Source: Tubiluchus corallicola (lineage: Eukaryota; Animalia; Priapulida). From it: a DNA stretch of 64,000 bases. Shown piece by piece: positions 12,505-25,400 of the stretch. Under the pieces are notes generated by a model. That model was not told where the DNA came from. It saw only the letters and a program-made list of their open reading frames with translations, and searched no databases. The DNA lies in NCBI GenBank assembly GCA_030141605.1, contig JAQGDQ010000516.1, forward strand, positions 1-64,000, in the 5' to 3' direction. Within the stretch, counting starts at the first letter, position 1. Every line of letters starts with the position of its first letter. Made by a program: the position numbers and the translations under genes.

Positions 12505-13674
12505 TTAGTAATTACGAACAACAGAACGAAAAATGACTCAGTCTTTGGATATCACATATGCTGTTTCTTTACAACGTTTTCCAGATATACATAAAAATTT
12601 TCTTTCGCCAATAGTGTTGTACGCATTGGCATCTTTGCCGCCTGAAATTACAGACTGTTCAAAATTAAAAGCCTTTTCTAAGAAAATACTGTGGAAGCTG
12701 ACGGAGGTTTATATTACGCTTTACGTACAAAAAGTTAGAGTGCCGAAATCTATTTGAAAGAAATATGTTGGAGATTATTTATTGGTCACTCTTAAGTTTT
12801 TAAACTGGAGCCCTAAGTAGAGAGCGCGCCTAAAAGTACCCCAAATCAATTTGAATCACGTTTCCAGCGGATCAGCTTACTCCTTACTACTGAATAAAGA
12901 TCAGTGGTCTTAAATAATGAATTTGATCATGGAGATCGCTTATTAGTTTTTTATTATTTTTTCCACATTGGTACGTTACCATGTTTTCCCAAATCTTATA
13001 GACTAGAAGATGAAGAAAACCCTGAAAAGGTGCTTTTGTAAAGTTCTACGGTATTATTTTCTAAAGTGGGTAAACAACAGTTTTTTTCAATTTGACTATG
13101 TTGAATCCATAAAGAAACTGTTGCCAGCTTGGAAAAAGCGTCGTGTTCCGGTTAGAGATGTCCATGATAGGGAACAAAAACGACATTATTTTATAAATAA
13201 ATAAATTTAACTACTTAGATATGACAGCACATGAGATATGGCATCACTCATTTTTGCTATTAATATATTTTTATTTATAACAATTTTTTATAAACCCGTC
13301 ACAACTTATTGCGCAAATGACTGAAGAAAATTGTCTTTAAAGTCTAAATTTAGTACCCTTTTCTAATGCATTAAAAATGTTTAGCATGCTTTCAATTCTA
13401 GTGCTAATGAGTCACATTCCTAGTTAGATGAATCAATGTAGTAATTGCGTTCACCCCTAAATCAAACTTTCTATTAAACAATTTGCTTAAACACTTACTG
13501 GCGATAATAGGCAATTTGTGAGGGACAAGTCTGATGTAGCTATAGAGTGCATTTTGTTTGGCGATGCTATCAGGCCATTAAGAGATTATTTGCCAATGTT
13601 ACACCAACATAGCCCACAGCAATAAAATTACAATTAAAGCATCGAAATAAAATACAAACTATTAGTAGTCATTG

Positions 13675-13797
<123 letters not shown>

Positions 13798-14627
13798 ATT
13801 CACGTTTTAACCGCTGACATTCCGAGCAAAAATGAAACCGTTAATATGTATAAAAAGGCGGTGTGGCACAGCAAATTTAATATGTATGCAACTATAAATG
13901 GTAGATATGATTTGTTTCACATTATTCCAGATACACACCCTACTGTTTTTCTGTTGCTGCTAACAATAGAGCCCTTGAGACAGGAGCCCTTAGTTTTATA
14001 CACGGTCAGGGCTCTTTTAAATCTTTCCTTCATCATATAGGTTTCCTTCCAAGTTGCTTATGTCTCTGTGGACAATTACAAGCATCTTTATATTTGTTGT
14101 TTGATTGTGTTCATGTGTCAGAGGAATTACATAACACTTTTAGAGATAATTTACAAGGTGGTTACATAACAAATATCATTCAGGGCAATTGTAGCAATAA
14201 TATTTTGTCTTTTGTATAGCTTTGCAATGATTCCTTCATTAAAGATCAGTTGCATTCACGTTTGCAATTTCACGGATCAGTGATAGGTTTTATAAAAACG
14301 ATTTACTTCTTCTAATGATAAATTGGCCAATTCGTTTTTATGATAATATTGTATATAAATTGTGAGTTTTAGCTCGTGTTCAATTTTTTTGGTATAATTT
14401 TCAATTGTTTTCAATTTGTCCTGTTTAGAAACGCTTTGAGCATTTTAGTGTGCTCTTCGTGTACTTCATGAATATATGTACCAGTGTTTATCTAGTTCGT
14501 ACGTCAAAACATTCTCCCATGTAAATAGAGGGGGCTTTTTGTATTTGTAATTATTCAGTATATATATATCGTATCTGTACTTATATTTTATTTTATTTTA
14601 TAAATAATGCATTTTGAATGAATGAAT

Positions 14628-14692
14628 CTGTCTCTCCTTCTCTTCTCTCTCACACACTCTCTCTCTCCCTCCCTTCATCTTTATCTCTTTCT

Positions 14693-14729
<37 letters not shown>

Positions 14730-14748
14730 CGCTCTCTCACTCTTTCTC
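14628..14748. repeat. Imperfect (CT)n microsatellite
   Basis: CT-rich tract with a perfect core near 14698-14726. Confidence 0.9.
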
Positions 14749-17077
14749 CATCGACATCACTTTTAATTTCTACCTACATCTTATACGTTTATATTATTTT
14801 TTATATTAAGTTATTGACAAAGACACGACAGCTTACAACTGACAGTAGGTTGAGAGTCACGCTGATTTCTGAGAAACTAAAGTAACACCCGGCATTATAA
14901 AGCGTTTTATCATTGCTAGATGTGATTTCGCATTCATCTGTCTTGTCACCTTAATGAAGTACATCCAGAATTATCTTTTTTTACTTCGTGCCGCATGCTG
15001 TTCCTCGGGTTCAGGACTTTAGAGTAAATATGGTCGCGCCTAAGCAAATGCATCTAATTGGGTTTCTTGCGGAACAATTATTTTTGATTAAAAGTATCAA
15101 CCCCTTCCGGTAGTTAAGCCACCTGCCTAAATTAGATAAAAATCTTTTTTAATCGTAATCTTTTTTAATATAATCTATTATTATGGATGTGCAAATTTTA
15201 GATGCACTAGCCGATCGTGTAAGCGTAAAAAACACCTATAATACAACTTATTGAAATAATTAAATCAGGATATCTTTATCTAGTCAATTACGTGATACTG
15301 ATGCGTAAAAACGAAATGTGGATTTTTTGCATCAGAAGAACGCTGGGTCATCTGTGCGTTCTGTACTGTTCGATTGCATATGTGTAGCCTTGGTGAAAAC
15401 AGGTTTTAACTCTTCCTGAGTCTCAGTAGTTCTGTTTATTAACCATTTGGATGATCTTGATTGTTTTTCTGTTCAAGTTTGTTAAAAGTTTACTGTAGTA
15501 ATTTCTGTGGTTTTGTCAGATGGTAGTTCCATATTACCCTTCTTATAGGGGGTTCTTAGATATTTCGCAGGGCTTTAGACGCATACTCTTGTTTCTGTAC
15601 CTACTTTAAAGGCGGATTAATCGTTAGGCTAACAAGGCTAGTCTATAGCTCTAAATTTTCATAGGACCTTGAAGTCCGGCGTACAACCAATTGACCATCG
15701 ATGAACAAGAAAACAGAGTATATGCAATTTTTGTAAACAAGATAACTATTTAAACGGTTTAATCTATTTAAACTGAACTTGCTAAAGACAAGTATATTTG
15801 TTTTTCTTTTTTTAACATAACCAGTAAACACTTGAGCGATTGAGCGATTGTACACAAAATATTTCATTTTTCGCTAAAGACCTACAAATTTGGATAGGCC
15901 AATTCGCCACAAAAATATTTTTCTAATATTGGTCACATTGGCAACTTGTGTGCTGTATTCAGATTTTAAACAAAAGAATTTGACACTTGTAAAGCTGGTC
16001 ATATAGACGAGAAGAAAATCGCGAAACCGTGTTTCTATAATACCAGGGCCGGCTATAGGTAAAAATATTTTAGCATCCCCTCCTCAACACCCCCTCACGC
16101 TACTGGGCTCACCATCAAAATTGAATTTTTGTTGTATATAATACTATATAAAGGTACCCAGGCGTTAGTTATGGACACATACTATAATGTATTAATTAAG
16201 TGCATTTTACCCATGTATTTGTAGATTGTGTACAGTTAATTGGATTTGAAATTGAATTTTTGTTCAATTAACATTAACAAAATCTGCAATTTCTGCTGGA
16301 CACTCTTCATGTACATGGCTCTTGGCTAAATTTTCCCCCAGTGTTTTCATTTGAAAATTTTTGAAGCACTAACTTCTTTTTAATATACACCTATTTCATT
16401 AATTTCATAATCTTTACAACCGAAACTCTGTTCTAGCTGCAAATATTTAGCGGATCTTTTTGCTCTTCAATGTCGGCCAGCTTTTTTACCCTTCGTTTCC
16501 AGTATTGCGCTTCTGAAGGCTTCGATCTTATAAGCAATTTTTTAAATAACAAAGTGTCGTGTTGGTATTAACAATTACTTGGCTCAGCACGTGATTTATG
16601 CATAGTTTACAAACCATAAGCAAAAGTAGGGTAACGCGCCAGTAGTGTCTGCGTGAATCTTAGGAAGCCACGTAAAGTGGAAATAGAAAATGTTTTGTTT
16701 CGGGAAGACAGCCCTTTGTCTGTTATACTTAGTCACAATGTCATCACTTAAGCTGAACTTAAAAATTAGAGAGCCAGTCTCTAGATATCAACATGTTTAT
16801 TGAGCGTAAATGATCGTTTCATTGTCAGTACTATAAATCAAGCTAAAAATGGAATAATTAGTATACTAATAATACTAAAATACTAATGCACAAAATGTTA
16901 TTACAAATCAAAAGAGCAAAATTTTAAATTGTCAATATAAGTGTGATATAACTAGAAGAAATTGCAAAGAAATGTAAAAATTTTAATTTATAACTTGAGA
17001 TTCAAAAAAGATCACAACACCAGTAAATAGTTCGTCTAATGGCTGATTTGCACGACCCGACATAATCGGATTATCGG

Positions 17078-17800
17078 ATGAAGTCGGATGAATCGTTTAC
17101 CGATCAGACAAAGTCATCAGACAAAGAACTGTCTGACGAACCAAAGATTCGAGGTGGTGAAGAAATTTTTGAAAGAGCCCCAACTCATTGTTTTAAAGGT
17201 GTCGATGAACCTGGAGAACACTTAAAAGTCTACATGGTCAACAGCAGTGTATGGGACTCTCCAATAGTACGCTGGGTCAGGTGGTATGATCAACATTGTT
17301 TTTTCGATCCATATGCTACTACTAAGCAAAATCATGACATTGCCTTAGTGCTACTAAACAGGTTGAGTATACTGTCATCATCGGAAGCGACCAAGACATT
17401 CTGCCTGCTAAATTACCTGCTTGTGACAGAGATGATTATATCAATGAAGTAGTTGTTATAGCAGGATGGGGAAACCTGTGGGTAACAGGTTACCGTCGGT
17501 TATATATGATTGTTTACAGAAAGCTGAATTAGTTGTAATTGATACGTTTCGTAGTTGCAAAAACCCCTTATTATTTGGGCCTATAGTGCAACTCGTAGTA
17601 TTAGTCAAGATGATTCAGGTGGACCCATGGTACTAAAAAGAACTGGAGAGGTTATTAGAGTTATATACGCTGCATCCGGTAATTACAGAGAAGACACCGG
17701 CAAATTCATTAGTGAGTTTACAACAGTGACTATGGCTGTGAAAATTTCTCACTATTTAGATTGGATTGAAACTACGAAAAACATTTTTGTACCTGGCGAC
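17078..17800 (+). pseudogene. Intronless trypsin-family (S1A) serine protease pseudogene
   Basis: Motifs occur in order but across three frames: PK-IRGG (activation site), APTHCF (cf. AAHC), HDIALVLL; then ILPAKLP...VVIAGWG (~17398-17472); LQKAELVVID...C (17514 on); SQDDSGGPMV (cf. GDSGGP) and KISHYLDWI. At least three frameshifts and no introns. Confidence 0.8.
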
Positions 17801-18183
17801 AGCACTTTTGACGAACCTGTGCACAACACAGGTCCATTACGTGACATCAAAATGTTAATTTATGAAATTACACGGTATTACACATTATGTATTCATCTTA
17901 AAATTTCTGTATTACGATTTCTGATAAGGCTGTTGTTAAAATGCAAATTCTTAACATGGTATTGTTTGTTGTTTTGAATGTTTCGTGAGGTTCCTTCTTC
18001 TGGCTTCATCAAAGTCATGGATCAGGCAGACTCAGGCGTTACGTTTTCTGAAAATTAAATGTTGCCTAAAACCAGCCGAGGTCTTGTTTGTCGGTTAGTC
18101 TAAGTTGAACTAAATGAGTGGTTATGTTATGTTGAAAACTATGTGGAAAGTACGCAAATTATTGTTGGATAGTTGCTGTCTAA

Positions 18184-19020
18184 TAGAGGCCATTTGCTGT
18201 TGTTTGGGTGCCCTGACAGTGGTACCCGGGACAGCCATTTTGGGTTATTAGCTTGCAAAGTAACTCTATTTTGCTGTAACGAGAGCCTCGTTCTCGTATT
18301 TAGTGCTCATACAATAAGTTTTAAGCCAGTTTTTGCTTAAAGAGAGCTCTGCGCACGCGTGCCTAATTCGGTAACTAGAAAATTCGATCTTGTTGAATCT
18401 AATAACTGCTATACCACAAAAACATTCCAATAAGCATAAAACAAAATTGTCGCCAAGTTCTCAATATAGCATCTAGCAGAATGGGGAAAAAATTATTCCT
18501 CTCGCGTAAAAGTTATGAAACTGTACACAATGCTAGAACCCATCAGGGTGACTCATTTTGGAAATGGGGTCAATAGATGCACAGAGCTGTGCAAACAAGA
18601 CTTGCTTGGACCATTTATACCCGCAACGGCACTCTTTGGTTGACTTGCAGTAACATTTAATAAGTTGTTGACATGCTACAGGTTTCAATGTCCAGTGTGG
18701 TTCCCATGTCACCTCAGTGGACCTGCTCCAGCCCCGGTGAAATGATGATAGCAATAGTTTGGACAGTGATCGATGCCTGATATAACAGTATACTGCCTGA
18801 TATTCTGGTGTACTCGAACAGTGCGGCAAATGTTTGAGGAATTGCCTCTGAGCTTCCTTTTTTATGTAAACATGCTTTTTTATGTAAACAGAGTTGATGT
18901 TTTATGTAGCTTAAAATGTGGCTGAAACACTTGCTATATATGCAAAGTCTTCCTTCTTCTCTTTGTAAATGCTGAAGTCTGGTCGCAGCCAGTATTGGCA
19001 ATGAATGCTGAAGAAAGCTG
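18184..19020 (-). mobile_element. Decayed DNA transposon 3' part with XPG/FEN1-like and Cys-rich domains (Academ-like)
   Basis: Minus-strand fragments in order: ANTGCDQTSAF (cf. HAFTGCDxTSAF), IPQTFAAL...YQA (cf. LPPT..AL...YQA), and GW...WEPHWT...ACQQLIKCYCKSTKECRCG...LCA (Cys cluster). Frameshifted. The superfamily is inferred from the XPG plus Cys-finger architecture of Academ elements. Confidence 0.6.
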
Positions 19021-22000
19021 ATGCTGAGGTATTCACAATCAGATTTGCGTAAAGTATGGCTTTGTATTTCAATACGAATAACAGTTGCTTCTGTTCTTAC
19101 GGCAGTCGTGTTTCAATATTTGCGGCTAGAGTTTAGATATTTGCCTGTATTTTTCATCTATGTATTGTTCTTAAGGGCGACTTACTGTGCGACTTACCAG
19201 CAACATAATGCACAATGCCACTTGATACTTGTGGCGCCATCGTGTGTGAACATACCGTAACACGAGGAAATGGAATTACAATAAGTTGATTTCATCAACT
19301 TTCTTTCTTGTGGCGTCATCTTGTGTAATTCGCAATAGTTATCATCAAGAAAATGGATTTTCGATCAATTTTTACCTCTTTTTTTATTTTAGAGCTATAT
19401 TCTTAATTTCATGACTTTAAATTAACGACTAATTAACATTAAAACAAACCCGCATTATTGATCATTGACAATAATGACAGTAAAGCAACATCATGTCAGG
19501 AAAGTGAATGGAGGTGAATGAAGGTGAATGGAAGAGAAAGTGATCTAACCACATTACTAGATTTGGCGTCGAGTTCGAAGTTGCTAAATCAGATGACTGT
19601 ATCAGACAAATTTTACTGCACATTTCGGTGAAACTGTATTTGAATTATTGCTCAAATAATTGAATAGGTGAGCAAATAACTAAATTTATGTTACATCGAC
19701 GTAAATTACGAACAACGGATATCAGTCTTCAAAGAACTATCCTATCGACTAAAAAATTAGAACAACCACAAAATAAAACAGTGATTTAAGGCAAATTTTA
19801 GTAGTTTAAAAGCGCTAATCCCTAATTCATTTGTTGCTGGTGCTCTTTCCACACGCTGCTTAATCAATTACATCGCAACCTATATCCTTTATACACACAT
19901 GGACGTTATGCTGTTTAACAACTGAACTGAGAATTAACAAGACCATTTGACTTGAGAACTACTTCTTTGTGTTCAATAATGAATCTTTGTGTACCTACTA
20001 GCGTGCTCTCTTTATTATATTATTTTCCACCTAGTGAAAGGCAAGAAAAGCCAACCGTTAATCCCGACCTAAAAACCGACCTAATCACCTTGAAAGACCA
20101 GAAAAGCTAAAAATACCTTTACGTATCTTTTGAACCGAAAGTGTTCTTTAATGTTATATTGAAAGCGAAGTGCTTACAGCGTGCGTGTACGTATGCTTGG
20201 CCTGTTCAAATCAATGACAAAGGTGTTAGTCACCTTTTTATTTCTCAACAATAATAACTATTTTTAAAAATGAGGGACTCTGAAAGTAGATTGTAGGAAT
20301 TCCTTCAGGTATAATTATAACGTAACCAGCAGTCGAAAAATTAACCGAAAAGACAACGTGGCGTATTTTATCGCCAAAATTAACGAAGAGGCAGGCTTCC
20401 GTTGCCACATGTAGACTACTCATGGTAATTGCGCATTTGACGCCCTACATCTCAATTTAAAAATCTTAATGAAAACAATTTATGCGTGGAATAGGCTGCC
20501 GTGCGTGCACTGCATAAATTTAATGGATAAATTTTAAATTTTAAAATACATAAAATTTAAGGAACTTTAAACTATGACTACAGTTTATGACTAGCTGCAG
20601 GCTTTTATTAAGTGTTTCTATCCTCGTTTAGCTCTTTTATTAACTGTTGTAACACAACCCATGAAAACTCCTTTTGTTCAATAGAAAAGTAAGCAATTTC
20701 AAATCCATGCAGTATAACTGCTGGGTAGGCAAGTTATCTTCAAGGAATGACTGACCCCTATGGAAGGAAAAACCGAAACGAAAAAATTAAGTGGCAAAAC
20801 TTGAAAAAAAGAGCATTGAAAATTTTTATACAAAGAGGACTTGTTTTCAATTCTGGTAATGTTGACATTTGCATTTATAATGATCTTTACCAACAGCAAT
20901 AATGATTTTAAGAAGATTCTCTTGCAGGAGTTTGTCTCTGAGACAGACGGCATAATTCATTTCTTCAAAAACTTCTTTGCTTATTGCTTTCCGATGATAA
21001 AAAAATGAAAAGGATTTGGTAAACGGATTATAATTCTCGAAAAAATAGAATTTATCAAGTTTTAGACACACCGTCCAGACTATAAACCTTGCTTGATTAG
21101 GAAATCTTTATAGTTGTTTATTTTCAAAAGGAAGTAACTAAAGATAAATAAATGCAAAAAGGTCAAAACGTTAATAAGCAAACCCGGTACTCGGATATTT
21201 AAGTGTATTTTACACGTTTTCTTTTGACTCAGTTTTTCTTGCCTTTTAACAGCAAATTTTGAGCGATCAGATCAAGCCTTAGCAAAAAGGGCTTTCAAAA
21301 AATTGTACTGTAATGATCTAGATTAAGATCAGAAAGTTTGACAATGACTTCGCATAGTGGCAATAATAACAAACTGAAAGACTTACGTATAAAATTTAAC
21401 ATTCAAAGCGCATCTTGGTATTTCGTGATTTATGTTTGGTTCGTGTTTTTGATGACGAAATTGTATATAAATCTTTTCCTAAGGTATATACCGGGCCGGA
21501 TTATCCTATAGCCTAGTATAAACTGAAGCCTAGAGCTCCTCAAACTTTGTGAGCCCTCGGGTTTTGGTACATTTGGTAAAAAAGTTTTTTTCACTACATT
21601 TGTGTTAAAATATGTGCTAATGTGATTTGCAGTAAATAGTAAAATAGTGGTATTACTTAAAGAACATTTTTATTGGCAAACAAAAGATAGCCATTATCGT
21701 TTATTTAATGAATTTGCAATACGTTTACTTCAGTCTATGTTAATGTCGCTAAAGTGGCGTGTGCTATACACAATACAATGTGTCGTAATTCATGTTAGCT
21801 TTACTTTTCTGTCATCAAAGAACCATAGTCTCTAGTAACAATATAACAAATACTACAGTTAGTACTATGGTCTATTATATTTAAGTGCACTGAATCTCAT
21901 GGGATTGCCAGGGACGCGTTTAACTGACTTCTAATTACATATACATGTATAAGTGACCACACCTGCTTTCATAATTATACATTACAGAAAACGAAAATCC

Positions 22001-22482
22001 AATATCGAGTTTACTTTTTTACGGAACTTAATACATGTTACAAGTTTGTTTTCACGTCGGTAATGGACACCACACCTGTTTTAGCAGGTTAGGTGCGTAT
22101 AGAAATCGGAACAGTATTGCTTTTGTTATTTGGATGATTGGATCCAGTCTAGGGTGGTCAGGTTTTGCATTAAGAAAACGAAGTTTCTTCGTAATAAGCG
22201 CAAAAATGACAATGACAAAATGACAATTTTGCATCTTTGTCAATATAATTATTGCGATATTTTGTAACGCTGTTTTGGCACAAAACTTATTTAAAATGAA
22301 TAGTTCACTATCTGTATCAAAGTGATTTGGTAGAAAGAATGTTTTGGCCTAGATCGACTAACCTCTGTCTGCAGGCGATCTCAAATAATAATTATACAAG
22401 AGAAAGTGACCAGTTAACGGTGAGGTCAAAAAGCTCACATGCGTACGTGGTGGTCATCTCAAGTGGATGCTGTAAAAAAGTT

Positions 22483-25400
22483 ATGTATATGATGAACAGT
22501 TTAATTTGGTTGTATTTAACGTTGTTATTTTGTGCAAGAGGTGGGTTAATTGGTTAAATAACTAATTTAGTGTGCATTGTGAGTCAGTGTGTTTGTTGTA
22601 ATTATGGGATTTTGCCCAAATGCTTGAACCGCGAGCAATTTTAGACATGGGATTACGTATGAAGGATAGGTGTAATTTATTTATAAAACTAAGTCTGAAT
22701 TACGTAACAAAATTACTTGCGATTCAAACTTTCTTGCTAAAAATAGTTTGATAAACAAAGCAGGCTATTATATTCTATATCAGTCAAGTAAACTGTTAAG
22801 TTTATCAGCTAATTATATTTCCAATAATATTTGAATAGTCTTTAAATTAGAACTTTTTAAAACGTTATTTTTGTATGAATTGGGAAAAGCTACAGTTCAT
22901 TGTCACGTTTATTATTGTTATTGTTATGTCAAGAGAGAAAAAGAGAAAGAGAGGGGGAAGAACGACAGATTAAAAAAAGGTATCGATAAAGAGTGAGAAA
23001 AGTCGAAAATAAGTAGGGGAAAGAGAAAGAAAAGAAAAATGAGAAAATGTAAAACGTAGAATGAGAGAGAAAGGAAAGAGCGAAAGAAAGGCAAGGAAAC
23101 GTAGCGTATGTTTAACATGTTTGTATATAGTAAATGTTGTACTAACGAATGACTACGTATCATTTTTCCAGCAGCCGTTAGACACTCCAGATTAGGTGTT
23201 CCACTCTCTGCCGAAGATGACTGCAACCCGAATATTGGCAATCAGTACTTCTCCCCGGATCCGGATGATTGCTCCAAGTTTTACATTTGCGACCATGGCT
23301 GGCCAAAAGTTCAGTTTTGCCCAGTTGATACAATCTGGACTCCAGAATTAGAAAGGTATACATAAAAATTATACCTATCCAAGTTTAGCAATCATAAATT
23401 GTCACTCAACAGGACAGTAAGAAAATACGTTGACTTGGTGAAGTTGAAGCTCATCACTTTGTGGTCTCCAAATTCTCTAGTTTGGTTCTACATGCCCCAC
23501 GTACTTATGCCCCACGTACCTACGTGCCCCATTAACTTATAAATCTGAAAAATAAGAGTCGTCGCATAAGCTTTGTTATTAATGAAAAGAACGAAACAAA
23601 ACTAAACATCTTTAAAACAGAGTTACTTTTGTGTAATTGGTGCGAGCTGCAAAAACGACAATTTTTAACTTTATGTAAGTAAAGGGTTTTCTTGACAATC
23701 ACCATTTCCGTTACGTTTTGCAGATGTGAACCTCCGGATCTCGCCGTTAACCCTGATTGTGGCTACGTCCGTCCAGCTCAAGAAGATACAGGTGATCAGA
23801 CAAACGACGATGCGTTCACGGAGTGTCAGTTTTACTGTCTGAGTCCAACAGACATCTGCATCAGTTACCGAGCAGTCTGTGATGGAACGCCACACTGTCC
23901 GGATGGCTCTGATGAACGGAACTGCGGTAAAACGGAACTGCTCATTGTGCTCAATTCATAGTTAAAGCAGAAATTCTATCGGTGTTATGAGACATGTTAA
24001 CAGTTCTGACTACAATGCAGTTAAAACTGTCTTGGTATAACTGTCAAGATCTACGAAGCACGTGAAGAAAGCTCAGCTGTTGTAAAATAACGTAAATGTT
24101 GCTAAAAAAAATCTTTCAAATTTCAATTCCTGTGCTAAAAATAGTACTGCGAGTATAATTTTAATTAACATGATGGAATATTATAAAGTTATCAAGTATA
24201 TCAAGAATTATAATACTGCAACGTTATAATACAGATGTTTTTCCACTCTGTAGCTCCCCCATGCGATCCAGCAACTTGCCGACTTCCGTCATGCCGCTGT
24301 TCCGGAGTTCATATTCCCGGAGGACTTCTCCCAAATGAGGTTCCTCAGTTAGTCACTATCACGATGGAGGGCGCCACCAGGCTAGAAGATTACAATCACT
24401 TGTATCAGCAAATATTCAAAAAAGTAGGTGAAATACTCCAGTAAAATTGACAAATGTTTATTAGTGTTCAATACATATTTCCCTGTATAAGACTTCGTCA
24501 GTGACTACAATATAAATAACATGGCATTAAACGCTAAAATTGAGTTGAAAGAAGATTTTAATAATTATCAACAATTTACAAGTGCAATTTTCTCTCGAGT
24601 TTATTAATTAATGCAATTATCTTTCAACTCAACTTTAGACATTAATGCAATATTTTTATGCTTTTGTCCTTGGTGGAATCTTATGCTGGGCGAAACACGT
24701 TTTGGACATAATAAACATTTGTCAAAGATCTGCCTCATGCAGCTACAATAGTAAATGCTAAAAAATATCCAGGTCTATATCTAAGTCTAGTTACCACAAT
24801 AATTAGTGGTATTAATTGACGGAAGGATTGGTGAAAACAATCCCAGAATCGCAAACTTAAATCAGTTTGTTTGCCTTTACAGGTTGGGGCAAATCGAAAA
24901 AGAGAACGAAGACTTAATCCCAATGGTTGCCCCGCCGTCGGAACGTTCTTTACGATGCACCAATTCACAGACTACGCAGCAGTGCAAAATTTATTCAGCG
25001 AGGGCAATGAATTTGCCTCTCTCTCAATCAGGTAAAACCATCATCAAAGAAATTAAGTTAACTTTAGTTTATTTCAGTTATTTTGCCAACTAATCAACAA
25101 ACAAGTTGTCGTTTCAGAAGAACATATTAGCCTTGGTAATAAGTTATGTACTGGTATTGCCACAACCAGCTAATTTGATTGAGACCTGCCGTTGATTTGT
25201 TGAGTGTTGGATTCCCGCTTGTAGAATTGAGAATTGCATACAAGTACCATTTTTAGCATAACAAGTCTTCCTCAAATGTACAAATTTCATTAATTATTTA
25301 TAATACTAATTCCTAGATTTTTAATCGATGTATTAAATTAATTTTTTAATGAATGAATTTTAATTTTGTGACATCAAGCTTGATCAAAAAGCAAAAATGT

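Noticed and set aside
20699-21071. Possible hAT transposase dimerisation-domain remnant (SCKRIF...KQVLFV)
   Set aside because: Similarity is faint and needs frameshifts; no TIR or TSD support.
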